64,000 bases of DNA from Bacillota bacterium (GCA_033809295.1 JAPXLY010000001.1:10340-74339), one strand, 5' to 3'. Positions 10,959 through 20,444 are shown, numbered from the stretch's first letter. Program-made: numbers and translations. The notes: generated by a model not told the origin, from the letters alone.

Positions 10959-12347
10959 GTGGAGGTTTTGCAGAACCTGCTACAATCAGTTGTAGCAAAC
11001 ATAGATGAATACGTTGAAATACGATATCACAAGCGTATTGAGACAATTATCGATGCACGCAGCGGTGCTCTCAGAAAGGTAGAGAGAAGAACCCTTGCGG
11101 GGGCCGGTGTGAGAAGCCTTGTGGACGGGTGTTGGGGATTTGTCTCTACGACAGATGTAAGCAAAGAAGGATTACAGAATGCAGTCAACGAGGCGTTGCA
11201 GGCAGCCAAAGCCGGAGCCCCGCTCAGAGATAACAAGGTGAGTCTTGCGCCTGCACGCTTCGGCCATGGCGAATTCACTTACTACGATAGCAGCAAAGAA
11301 CCTGATATTTCCCAGAAGATACAGTATATCCTTGCCGCGGAAAAGCGTATGCGAGAGGCTTCTCCTCTCGTGGAAGGCAGTATTGTCTATTACCTACAGT
11401 ATGAAGATGAGAAAATCATTGCTACATCCCACGGCGCATCTGTGCACGTTAAAGACAACAAGCCCAGTTTTCAGGTAACAGCCACAGTTCTGAGAGACGG
11501 AAAGCGTGAGACGGCTACGAAATCGTCAGGGGTAACCGGCGGCTGGGATGACCTGATAGCGAAAAGAGACCTCAGTGAGTTGGTTGATACTGCAGTGGAG
11601 CTAGCAATAAAGAAACTCGACGCGGACTATGCCAAAGGGGGTCAGTACACGGTTATCTTGGACCCGAAACTTGTAGGTATTCTGTCCCATGAAGCGATAG
11701 GACATACCGTGGAAGCTGACTTTGTCCTTAGCGGGTCAATTGTCCGGGACAAGCTCGGCAGGAAGGTGGCGTCAGACCTCGTGACTCTTGTTGACGACGG
11801 GTCAGTGGAAGGCGCAGCAGGCATGGTTCTCGTGGATGATGAAGGCGTGCTTGGTGAGGGTACAGTCATCATTGATAAGGGAGTTTTAAAAAGCTATCTC
11901 CATAACAGAGAGTCTGCGTCTGTATTTGCGGCAGTTCCTTGCGGGAACGCCAGGGCATTTACTTATCGCGACGAGCCTATCATCAGGATGACCAACACAT
12001 TCATCATGCCGGGGAAAAGCGACCTGAAAGAAATGATTGCCGGGATTGATAAAGGCTTTCTTCTCATAGATTTGGCTCATGGAGGGCAGGCGGATTCCAG
12101 CGCTGAGTTTATGTTCGGGGTCTCCGAAGCCTACAGAATCGAAAACGGCAACCTCAAGGGGCTTGTCAAAGGAGTGACCATCTCAGGTCAAGCGTTCGAC
12201 GTGCTAATGAGCGTAGATGCTGCATCTTCCGACTTTCAGATGGACACAGGTGCAGGACATTGCGGCAAATGGCAGCCTGCAAAGGTTGACGGAGGCGGTC
12301 CATACCTCCGCTGTCAGGTGACTGTCGGAGGACGCCATGAAGAGTAG
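10959..12347 (+). CDS. tldD: Metalloprotease TldD
   Basis: TldD/PmbA fold with intact HExxxH (HEAIGHTVEAD). GTG start after ACAGGAGG. Confidence 0.8.
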   Translation: MEVLQNLLQSVVANIDEYVEIRYHKRIETIIDARSGALRKVERRTLAGAGVRSLVDGCWGFVSTTDVSKEGLQNAVNEALQAAKAGAPLRDNKVSLAPARFGHGEFTYYDSSKEPDISQKIQYILAAEKRMREASPLVEGSIVYYLQYEDEKIIATSHGASVHVKDNKPSFQVTATVLRDGKRETATKSSGVTGGWDDLIAKRDLSELVDTAVELAIKKLDADYAKGGQYTVILDPKLVGILSHEAIGHTVEADFVLSGSIVRDKLGRKVASDLVTLVDDGSVEGAAGMVLVDDEGVLGEGTVIIDKGVLKSYLHNRESASVFAAVPCGNARAFTYRDEPIIRMTNTFIMPGKSDLKEMIAGIDKGFLLIDLAHGGQADSSAEFMFGVSEAYRIENGNLKGLVKGVTISGQAFDVLMSVDAASSDFQMDTGAGHCGKWQPAKVDGGGPYLRCQVTVGGRHEE

Positions 12348-13695
12348 CGGAGGGATTGGAGTGCAAGGCCAAGAATTGTGTAGTAGTCTGGTGAGCGAGG
12401 CAGTGCGGCTGGGAGCTGACGAGGCCGAGGTGTATTATACAAGAAGCCGTAAGCTGGAAGTCGTGTTTGAGAAAAATGACCTGCAGGTGCCAAAAGGTGA
12501 CAATTACGAAGGCATCGGAATTAGAGTCATCTATCGTGGAAAACAAGGGTTTGCGGCAACTAACATCCTGTCCCCGGACTCTTTAGACGACACGCTGCGA
12601 TCTGCGCTTTCGATTGCGGATGCTTCCCCTTTTGATCCCAATCATTGGCTGCCTGAGCCTTCTCAGGTTGCGCCCGTTTCGGGCATCTATGACCCGCCGG
12701 CAGGGTGCCTGGAACTTCGGGAGGCAGTCTCTAAAGGGAAGCTTCTTATAGAGTCTGCACGTGGTTTCGACCCCCGAGTCACTGTTGACTCCGGAGTCTT
12801 CGCAGTGGAAACAGGGACCAGATTCATAGCAAATTCCAAGGGAGTACAACTCGGTGAAGACGCGAGTTACGTTTGGTGTGTTGCCATGGGATTTGCAAGG
12901 GAGAAAGAAGATGTCTCGTCTTTTGACGCGGAATATGCTATTTCCTGTAAATTGCAGGATGTGGATCCTTACGCAGTGGGCAGAAAACTTGCTGAAAAAG
13001 TCGTCAAATCCCTTGGCGCGACAAGCGTGCCCAGTTTCAGAGGTAGTGTGATTCTCACCCCCTACGCCGGACTCGACCTTTTGATAGAGCCTATTGTGTT
13101 TTCTGTCAATGCGGAGAATATCCAAAACGGGCAATCCCAATGGAAGGGTAGATTGAACACCCAGGTTGGCTCGCCTCTGCTTTCCATTACAGACGATCCT
13201 ACGCTTCCCGGGCGAATCGGGTCTACCGCATTTGATCGCGAAGGTATTCCTGTAAAGCCCCTTCCCATCCTTCGGCAGGGAATACTCAATCATTACCTTT
13301 ACAACTGCTATACTGCGCGACGCGAAGGGCTGGAATCCAATGGACATGCAGTAGGCAGTGATAGGAGCGTACCCGGGATTGGGGTGACTAATCTGGTTGT
13401 AGCACCGGGGAAGGTCTCGCTGGAGGAGATGATTGAAGGGACTTCCAAAGGCCTTGTAGTAAATAGATATTCAGGGAGTGTTGATCCGGTTAGCGGTGAT
13501 TTCTCAGGTGTTGTGAAAGGAGGTCACTATATCGAATCCGGCAAAGTGATACAGCCGGTTAAGGAAGTCATGATTGCAGGGAACATCTATGAGCTCTTGG
13601 GGCAGATTGGAGCTGTCTCGCGAGAGGTTATGACCTTGGGGAACGTTAGTCTGCCCTACGTAGCGATGGACGGGTGTTCGATTACCGGGAAGTAA
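12337..13695 (+). CDS. pmbA: TldE/PmbA family protein (partner of TldD)
   Basis: TldD/PmbA family without the HExxxH motif. Overlaps tldD by 11 nt. Confidence 0.75.
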   Translation: MKSSGGIGVQGQELCSSLVSEAVRLGADEAEVYYTRSRKLEVVFEKNDLQVPKGDNYEGIGIRVIYRGKQGFAATNILSPDSLDDTLRSALSIADASPFDPNHWLPEPSQVAPVSGIYDPPAGCLELREAVSKGKLLIESARGFDPRVTVDSGVFAVETGTRFIANSKGVQLGEDASYVWCVAMGFAREKEDVSSFDAEYAISCKLQDVDPYAVGRKLAEKVVKSLGATSVPSFRGSVILTPYAGLDLLIEPIVFSVNAENIQNGQSQWKGRLNTQVGSPLLSITDDPTLPGRIGSTAFDREGIPVKPLPILRQGILNHYLYNCYTARREGLESNGHAVGSDRSVPGIGVTNLVVAPGKVSLEEMIEGTSKGLVVNRYSGSVDPVSGDFSGVVKGGHYIESGKVIQPVKEVMIAGNIYELLGQIGAVSREVMTLGNVSLPYVAMDGCSITGK

Positions 13696-13749
13696 CGACC
13701 GGCTTATGCAGGGAACAGGACGTAAGCGTAAAGAGGGGAGGTTGAAACC

Positions 13750-14610
13750 ATGGATAAACCTTGTGTGAGAACAGTGAACGTAAGTGAGGTAATGCAGGCT
13801 GTTCGGAAGCTTGCCATGAATACTACGTCAAACGTGCCGAAAGGTGCAATCCATGCCTTGGAAGAGGCATATCTACGAGAGGAGTCTCCTGTAGGTAAGG
13901 AAGTAATCAAGCAGATCCTGGAGAACCATAGGATTGCCAGGGATGAGAATGTGCCTGCGTGTCAAGACACAGGAGTCGCCATGCTTTTCCTTGAAGTCGG
14001 CCAGGATGTAAGATTTGAAGGCGGTGATCTCTACGAAGCGATTAACGAAGGAGTGAGGCAGGGCTATGTCCAAGGGTACCTTCGAAAATCCATTGTCACG
14101 GATCCGCTTTTCGAAAGGGTCAATACAGGAGACAACACACCTGCCGTAATCTACACGGACATAGTTCCCGGCACTGATATCAAGATAATGTTTGCAGCCA
14201 AAGGCGGCGGTGCGGAAAACATGAGCGGCCTCATAATGCTACCGCCGGCGGCAGGGGTTGAAGGCGTTCGGAAATTCGTCATCGACCAAGTGAGAAAAGC
14301 CGGGCCGAATCCTTGTCCGCCCGTAGTGGTTGGGGTTGGGATTGGCGGAACCTTCGACAGAGTTGCACTTCTGGCAAAGAAAGCAGTCATTCGTGATGTT
14401 GGCACAAGTAACCCTCACCCGAAATATGCCCGGTTGGAGAGGGAGCTCCTCGATGAAATCAACAATCTGGGAATTGGGCCGCAAGGGTTCGGCGGACGAA
14501 CAACTGCGCTGGCTGTCAATATTGAATTTGCTCCATGTCATATCGCCAGTTTGCCCGTGGCCTGCAACCTGAATTGCCATGCAGGGCCCCATGACTCCAT
14601 CGTGATATAG
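13750..14610 (+). CDS. Fe-S hydro-lyase alpha subunit (class I fumarate hydratase / L(+)-tartrate dehydratase alpha)
   Basis: Typical alpha-subunit sequence (…PACQDTGVAMLF…, GGTFD…) with Cys ligands. Confidence 0.8.
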   Translation: MDKPCVRTVNVSEVMQAVRKLAMNTTSNVPKGAIHALEEAYLREESPVGKEVIKQILENHRIARDENVPACQDTGVAMLFLEVGQDVRFEGGDLYEAINEGVRQGYVQGYLRKSIVTDPLFERVNTGDNTPAVIYTDIVPGTDIKIMFAAKGGGAENMSGLIMLPPAAGVEGVRKFVIDQVRKAGPNPCPPVVVGVGIGGTFDRVALLAKKAVIRDVGTSNPHPKYARLERELLDEINNLGIGPQGFGGRTTALAVNIEFAPCHIASLPVACNLNCHAGPHDSIVI

Positions 14611-14637
14611 AAAGAGCGACTAAACGGAGGTGAACAG

Positions 14638-15204
14638 GTGATGGCCGTTATTAGGATATCTACGCCCCTGACTGATGAGGTTACGGCTTCTCTTAAGGCA
14701 GGCGATAACGTAATAATATCGGGCACGCTTTATACGGCAAGAGATGCTGCGCACAAGCGTCTCGTAAGTCTTATCGGGGAAGGAAAGGAGCTTCCCATGG
14801 ACATCGAGGGCCAGATAATCTACTACGTTGGGCCTGCTCCGGCAAAACCGGGCCAGGCCATAGGTTCCGCAGGTCCCACCACCAGTTATCGTATGGATTC
14901 ATACGCTCCTATCCTCATGGAACACGGACTCAAAGGTATGATCGGAAAAGGCTCGAGATCACAGATCGTAAGAGATGCCATGGTGAAGTATAAGGCTGTG
15001 TACTTTGCAGCTATCGGAGGAGCGGGAGCGCTACTTGCAAAATGCGTGAAGGCATCGGAGATTGTGGCATATGAAGAATTAGGCCCTGAAGCTATCAGAA
15101 AACTCACTGTAGAAGACTTCCCTGCAGTCGTAGTCAATGACACTTTCGGTAATGACCTTTATGAGCAAGGCGTTAAGGAATACAGGATTGACGCGTGTAA
15201 GTAA
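14638..15204 (+). CDS. Fe-S hydro-lyase beta subunit (class I fumarate hydratase / tartrate dehydratase beta)
   Basis: Beta-subunit swivelling-domain sequence, immediately downstream of the alpha subunit. Confidence 0.8.
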   Translation: MMAVIRISTPLTDEVTASLKAGDNVIISGTLYTARDAAHKRLVSLIGEGKELPMDIEGQIIYYVGPAPAKPGQAIGSAGPTTSYRMDSYAPILMEHGLKGMIGKGSRSQIVRDAMVKYKAVYFAAIGGAGALLAKCVKASEIVAYEELGPEAIRKLTVEDFPAVVVNDTFGNDLYEQGVKEYRIDACK

Positions 15205-15320
15205 TCAGAAGGCATGTTAGGCATGTTGCTGCAATCATAACTGAACAGGGTGTCATTCATTCGCCGTGTGCCAACAGCATAAAGAAATTGCTCGATGGAG
15301 GCAAAGAGTAGGCTGTTTAG

Positions 15321-15366
15321 AGAGGCCGTCCCTTTTAACTGATGAAAGGTGTGGCCTCTTTTTTCG
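15321..15366 (+). terminator. Rho-independent terminator after the hydro-lyase operon
   Basis: GAGGCC…GGCCTC hairpin followed by TTTTTT. Confidence 0.6.
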
Positions 15367-15371
15367 GGCCC

Positions 15372-15400
15372 TTGTCTCAATCCGGTTTGTCTAGTATAAT
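15372..15400 (+). promoter_or_regulatory. Putative sigma-A promoter for nhaC (TTGTCT-17-TATAAT)
   Basis: -35 TTGTCT, 17-nt spacer, perfect -10 TATAAT. About 150-nt leader. Confidence 0.45.
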
Positions 15401-15553
15401 CAAGATAATTTTCACGGAGCGGGAGGTGGTTGGGGAGAGGCCATAATGACTGCGGAGAAGACGACCGAAATTCTGTGAGTGCCATGAGTATGGAGTAGGT
15501 CAGATTGTATCAATTCGGTGGCAAATCTCCTATTGAAGGTGAGGTTATGAGAA

Positions 15554-17128
15554 GTGGAGTACGGATGGTTAACGATAGTCCCGCCTCTTGTTGCTATTAC
15601 CCTTGCCCTCCTTACTAAGCAAGTAATCCTTTCGCTGCTTATTGGGATACTTTCAGGGTCATTTATTCTTACGAATTTCAGCCCTGTGGGCGCAATTAGC
15701 CTTTCAGCGATGACTATGTGGGAGAATATCACGGATCCTTGGAATATGGCGATCCTGGTCTTCCTGGTCACGCTCGGGATACTTACGTACCTCATGGTTA
15801 TTGCCGGAGGAGCGGCCGCCTATGGGGAATGGGCGGCAAAGCGTATAAAGTCAAGGGCAGGAGCCCAGCTTGCAAGCTTGCTTCTGGGGATAATCATATT
15901 CATCGATGACTATTTCAATTGCCTTACAGTAGGCACAGTCATGATCCCCGTCACAGACAGGTTCCGGGTGTCGCGAGCAAAGCTTGCTTATATCATTGAT
16001 TCGACGGCTGCTCCCGTTTGTGTGCTTGCCCCTGTATCAAGCTGGGTTGTGACTATTATGTCCACTATGGGTGACAAATTCCGAGACGTAGGTATTACCT
16101 TGGAGCCTTTTACAGCATTTATCAGGACTCTGCCTATGAACCTCTATGCATGGGCTACACTTGTCATGGTTGCGTTTGTTGCAGTTACCGAGCTTGATTT
16201 CGGGCCTATGGGGCGCTTTGAAAGAGAAGCGAAAGTTACAGGAAACATCTACGGGCCCCGGGCTTCAGAGGAAAAAGTGAAGCTTCCAAAAATCAGCACG
16301 AAGGGGACTGTTCCGGATTTGGTAGTCCCTGTTGTAGGGCTTATAGGCTTCGCGATTATTATGATGGCTTACACCGGCGGGTATTTCGTGGAAAACATCG
16401 GGTTTCTTGATGCTATCAAGAATACTGATGCTGCCACAGCCCTGATGTATGCCGGATTTCTTTCTCTCGCCCTTGCTTTGGTAATGTTCCTTTCGCGGGG
16501 AGTGATATCGGTTGGGAGGCTTCCCGAAGCAGCGTGGCAAGGATTCTTATCCATGGTCCCTGCCATACTGATCCTTTGCTTCGCATGGACTATAGGCGGA
16601 ATCATAAATCAACTGGGGACAGGATTATTTCTGGCGACAAGGGTAGGGCAGGCCCTTAACCCCGCACTATATCCTTTGATAATGTTCATCTTATCCTGCA
16701 TCATCGCATTCGCAACCGGTACTTCCTGGGGCACGTTTGCAATCATGATCCCAATCGCTGTGGACTTCGCTGTCTTGCTTGCGCCGGATCTGCTAATCGG
16801 AATGATCGGGGCAGTCCTTGCAGGCGCGGTTTATGGGGATCACTGTTCACCTATTTCTGACACTACCATCTTGTCATCTACCGGCGCAGGGTGTAACCAT
16901 ATCGACCATGTTTCGACTCAGCTCCCATACGCGACGGTGTCTGCCTTGATGTGCGGGATTGGGTACATAGTGTATGGATTCATGGCTCAATCAGGCGCGA
17001 ATCCGGCAGTGGCTGTTGCTGTGAGCTTCCTTGTAACCCTGGGACTTTTAGGCCTTGCGCTCAAAGGCCTCAATACTCTGACATTGAGCTCCGAATCCGG
17101 GATAGAAACGGGCAGGAGGATTGCGTGA
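15554..17128 (+). CDS. nhaC: Na+/H+ antiporter NhaC family protein
   Basis: About 12 TM. Sequence typical of the NhaC family (…FIDDYFNCLTVGTVM…). Confidence 0.8.
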   Translation: MEYGWLTIVPPLVAITLALLTKQVILSLLIGILSGSFILTNFSPVGAISLSAMTMWENITDPWNMAILVFLVTLGILTYLMVIAGGAAAYGEWAAKRIKSRAGAQLASLLLGIIIFIDDYFNCLTVGTVMIPVTDRFRVSRAKLAYIIDSTAAPVCVLAPVSSWVVTIMSTMGDKFRDVGITLEPFTAFIRTLPMNLYAWATLVMVAFVAVTELDFGPMGRFEREAKVTGNIYGPRASEEKVKLPKISTKGTVPDLVVPVVGLIGFAIIMMAYTGGYFVENIGFLDAIKNTDAATALMYAGFLSLALALVMFLSRGVISVGRLPEAAWQGFLSMVPAILILCFAWTIGGIINQLGTGLFLATRVGQALNPALYPLIMFILSCIIAFATGTSWGTFAIMIPIAVDFAVLLAPDLLIGMIGAVLAGAVYGDHCSPISDTTILSSTGAGCNHIDHVSTQLPYATVSALMCGIGYIVYGFMAQSGANPAVAVAVSFLVTLGLLGLALKGLNTLTLSSESGIETGRRIA

Positions 17129-17188
17129 TGAAAGGGTGGCCGGCGATTGTTTTGTCAAGGCAACCCGCTTGGGGAGTCGTCCCCTTAG

Positions 17189-17391
17189 TGCAACACCTGC
17201 CTCAGAAAACGTACGTACCGTGCGGGCCCACCCAAGACGATCGGAAAACCGGCGGTAACTAATGAACGAGACCGTTGTTCTCTCCCACATTATGTTAACG
17301 CAGCTCGCTTGAATCGCAAAGACCGGTCGCCGTCTTCGGCGAAACTGGCAGCTACTGGAGAAGTTCAACGGTCTCATGGTGATCTACTTAG
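17189..17391. repeat. Mosaic dispersed intergenic repeat, copy A (modules M1 + M2 + M3, with TGCAACACC flank)
   Basis: Convergent nhaC/feoB gap. Shares 57-nt module M1, 108-nt module M2 and the 26-bp inverted-repeat end M3 with the copies at 21395-21501 and 36697-36917. Spurious ORF 17048-17377(-) translates it. Confidence 0.7.
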
Positions 17392-18794
17392 AGCCGGCCA
17401 CCCTGCAGAAGTGCATAGACTTGCGTTATCAGAAAGCATGCGCCTGTAGCGATGAGAAGAGGCATCAATGCAGCGAAGAGCGTCCATTTTACGTCGCGGG
17501 TCTCATGCCAAATCGTCCACAAGGTCGTGGCGCACGGATAGTGGAGGACTGAGAAAGCAATAAAGCACAGGGCGGTTCGAGAGGTCCACCCACATGACAT
17601 GAGAAGGCCTCGAAGAGCGTTCAGGCTGTTCATGTCTACCATGACCCCTCCCGATGAGTACCCCATAGTCAAGACGGGAAGGACTATTTCATTTGCCGGG
17701 AGCCCCAGAAGAAATGCAGTGAGGATGAAACCGTCAAGGCCGATGGCATTCCCAAGCGGAGTAAGGGCGTCTGCGAGACGGAGAAGGAGGCTCACTCCGT
17801 GGAGACGGGTGTTCGCCAAGACCCATGTGACCATCCCTGCAGGAGCTGCCACAGACGCTGCTCTGGTAAGGACAAATACAGTTTTGTCGAGGAATGATCG
17901 AACAAGGATCTTCATGATTTGAGGCGGTCTATATGGTGGTAGTTCAATGGCAAATGCAGAAGGCATGCCCCTTAAGATGGTCCTGGATAATGCATGTGAC
18001 ACAATGAATGTCACGATTACTCCGAGGAACACCGAAAACATTAGCCAGACAGTTGTTGCGCCCGCACCGGCCACTGATGAAATACCTGATCTTAAGAACA
18101 TCGAGGATACCAGAATTATCGCCGGGAACCTTCCGTTACACGGAACAAAAGTGTTGGTGAGAAGCGCGATCAGCCTTTCTCTCGGAGAATCAATGATCCT
18201 GCACGCTACTGCCCCCGCTGCATTACATCCGAATCCCATGCACATTGTTAAAGCCTGTTTGCCATGACTTCCTACGCGCTTGAAGAATGTATCCAAGTTA
18301 AAGGCTATTCTCGGCAAGTACCCCAGGTCTTCCAGCAAGGCAAAACACGGGAAGAAAATTGCTATCGGCGGGAGCATGACTGATACTACCCATGCAAGAC
18401 ACCTATATGCGCCGAATACTGTTATGCCGATGAACCATTCTTGGGCATTAAAATGCCTGAAAACGCTCACAAAGTAGTCTTCAACTGAAAACAGAAGTCT
18501 GAAAAGAAGCGAAGAAGGCCAATTTGCCCCGACGAGAGTAATCCAGAAAACAGCCACAAGCAGTAATAGCATGGACGGGTACCCGGTTATGGGAGACGTA
18601 AGTATATCATCCAGCGCCGACGTTAGATCTCTTTCGTATCCGCCATGATTGTGCACGTTTGCCTTGCAGATCTCCTCTGAAGTTCTGCTTAACGATTCCG
18701 CAATAACATCAGAGAGCTCGCTATCGGAAAATGATTGGGCTTCCTCGGCTATTCTCATCACGTCTCGTAGTGAAGAAGGCATCGAGCTTCTCAT
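17388..18794 (-). CDS. feoB: Ferrous iron transporter FeoB, membrane (C-terminal) part, as a separate ORF
   Basis: Typical FeoB Gate/TM domains. Start ATG overlaps the upstream stop as ATGA, with AGAGGGTGG 9 nt upstream. The ORF track extends the frame to 18938, but that N-terminal 48 aa is Arg-rich and non-homologous. Confidence 0.75.
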   Translation of the reverse strand: MRSSMPSSLRDVMRIAEEAQSFSDSELSDVIAESLSRTSEEICKANVHNHGGYERDLTSALDDILTSPITGYPSMLLLLVAVFWITLVGANWPSSLLFRLLFSVEDYFVSVFRHFNAQEWFIGITVFGAYRCLAWVVSVMLPPIAIFFPCFALLEDLGYLPRIAFNLDTFFKRVGSHGKQALTMCMGFGCNAAGAVACRIIDSPRERLIALLTNTFVPCNGRFPAIILVSSMFLRSGISSVAGAGATTVWLMFSVFLGVIVTFIVSHALSRTILRGMPSAFAIELPPYRPPQIMKILVRSFLDKTVFVLTRAASVAAPAGMVTWVLANTRLHGVSLLLRLADALTPLGNAIGLDGFILTAFLLGLPANEIVLPVLTMGYSSGGVMVDMNSLNALRGLLMSCGWTSRTALCFIAFSVLHYPCATTLWTIWHETRDVKWTLFAALMPLLIATGACFLITQVYALLQGGRL

Positions 18795-19939
18795 GCGGAC
18801 ATGCCACCCTCTGATACTGCTTTCTCGAGTCTTTCGATAAGCTCTTCGCGAAGCCCCGGGTCTCCGTCGACAAGACGAAGGGCAATCCACCGCGCCGGAA
18901 GACTGCATGAATCTCTTTGGATTGCGCTTTCGATCCAAGGCTCAATGAGGCTGACGATTCTCTCTATGCGCTCATCGTACCTGGGCCGCAACGGATCTGT
19001 CTCAATACGTCCGTCAGCCACGGCTTGGACTGTGTCCATGAGTTTCTTAAGCCCTCTGCCAAGCCTGGCTACTGTAGGAATTACCGGCACTCCGAGAGAG
19101 GAGGAGAGCCCTGAGATATCGATGGAGATTCTCTTTCGACAGGCTTCGTCCACGAGGTTGAGGGCAACTACCACACGGGAGGTGACTTCCAGTATTTCCA
19201 GGACCACATCAAGGTTTCTCTCAAGGCATGTCGCGTCAGTCACTACCACAGTGACATCAGGAGCGCCGAAGCATATAAAGTCTCTTGCGACTTCCTCCTC
19301 CTTTGAGCTTGTCAGCAAGGAATATGTGCCGGGCAGATCTATGAGTCGGAACCATGCGCCTTCATGCACGGAGAGGCCCTCAGCTACTGCAACTGTCTTG
19401 CCGGGCCAGTTACCCGTGTGCTGATTTAGGCCTGTGAGGGCATTGAATAAGGCGCTCTTTCCCGTATTGGGGTTGCCTGCCAAAGCCACTGTATATTTGG
19501 GAGTGGGATTTCCTCTGATTCGCATAGTACCCGGTACGGTATAGGCAAGACGTGTTCGTGCGCGACGGGCCAGGGTATCGAAATTATCCGGTGTCATCAG
19601 GCCCGTCGGCACCTGGCTATGACAACAAAGCTTGTGCGCGTTGACGGGGCTATCATAAGATTTGCTGTCAGGAGAAGGCGGGACATCCGGGGCCACTATG
19701 ATTTCGTCAGCTTGTTCTCGTCTTAGCGCGACCATAGCGCCTCGTACGGAATATGCAGTAGGATCGCCTGCCGGACTTCGTCGGATGGGGGTGACTTGCG
19801 CTCCGGGAGCAAACCCGATATGCAGAAGGCGTCGCCTGGCCTGATCCTTCAGAGCGAGCCGGCATATTCTGCAGGTCACGTAGAGCGGTACTGCTGAAAG
19901 AGGAACTCCTTCTCCTGTATTGGCGCTGCGAAATCCCAT
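18791..19939 (-). CDS. feoAB: FeoA domain fused to FeoB N-terminal GTPase domain
   Basis: N-terminal FeoA-like SH3 segment. G1 GNPNTGKS, G3 DLPG, G4 NLVD, then part of the helical domain. Stop TGA overlaps the downstream ATG. Confidence 0.8.
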   Translation of the reverse strand: MGFRSANTGEGVPLSAVPLYVTCRICRLALKDQARRRLLHIGFAPGAQVTPIRRSPAGDPTAYSVRGAMVALRREQADEIIVAPDVPPSPDSKSYDSPVNAHKLCCHSQVPTGLMTPDNFDTLARRARTRLAYTVPGTMRIRGNPTPKYTVALAGNPNTGKSALFNALTGLNQHTGNWPGKTVAVAEGLSVHEGAWFRLIDLPGTYSLLTSSKEEEVARDFICFGAPDVTVVVTDATCLERNLDVVLEILEVTSRVVVALNLVDEACRKRISIDISGLSSSLGVPVIPTVARLGRGLKKLMDTVQAVADGRIETDPLRPRYDERIERIVSLIEPWIESAIQRDSCSLPARWIALRLVDGDPGLREELIERLEKAVSEGGMSA

Positions 19940-20099
19940 GATTTCACCTCATCCGCATGAAACACGTCTTTACATACTATGACTGAAAGACAGCAAGGGG
20001 TCACTTCAATACAATGTCAATAGAGTTAAATGCCAATAGAGTAATTGATTGACCGTTCGGGAAATGGTAAGATATAGATGTTCCACAATTGAATCCAAG

Positions 20100-20361
20100 A
20101 CCTGACAGGTGCCCTTTCAGGGAGAATAGGGAAGAGGAAGCAGGATATAACCTGTAATCCCGCGGTTCCCGCCACTGTATCCGGCGAGCGTCCTTTCATC
20201 TTGCCACTCAATATGGGGAAGGCTTAAGGACTTGCAATGACCCGGAAGCCAGGAGACCTGCCTGTCCAAGTTTGCTTGTTACGCCTTCGGTGAAAGGGGG
20301 TTGCAAGCCAAAAGTTTGTTTTGGCGATGTGCCCCGGTGGAAGGCCGGGGTACTTCTTTTT
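20100..20361 (+). promoter_or_regulatory. Cobalamin (B12) riboswitch with intrinsic terminator
   Basis: GCCACTG motif at 20171-20177. B12 box AAGCCAGGAGACCTGCC at 20245-20262. Terminator CCCCGGTGGAAGGCCGGGG plus T-run at 20332-20360. Confidence 0.75.
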
Positions 20362-20444
20362 CAAGGAAGCCCAGGAGGAAAGCTCAAAGCTTGTCGCAAA
20401 CCGGCGGCCACTCGCCGGCTGACAGCACGATTGGAGGTTATGAC

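Noticed and set aside
17048-17377. ORF of 109 aa (minus strand) whose translation closely resembles ORFs 36657-36907 and 36665-36907 (shared FRRRRRPV…CVNI(M/I)WERTTVS and RRFSD(R/C)LGW(A/P)RTVRTF segments)
   Set aside because: The similarity comes from translating the same non-coding repeat DNA (modules M1 and M2). Segment order is permuted between copies, there is no RBS, and composition is Arg-rich. These are repeat artifacts, not a gene family.
18791-18938. Apparent frameshift or pseudogenisation of feoB (two overlapping frames)
   Set aside because: The frames join at a precise ATGA stop/start overlap with a good RBS, and both halves have intact motifs. A split translationally coupled gene is the simpler reading, although a resequencing check is still advised.
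20301-20444. N-terminal 48 residues of the BtuF-like ORF in the ORF track
   Set aside because: The region coincides with the cobalamin riboswitch aptamer and terminator. A GTG with GGAGG at 20445 immediately precedes the signal peptide.
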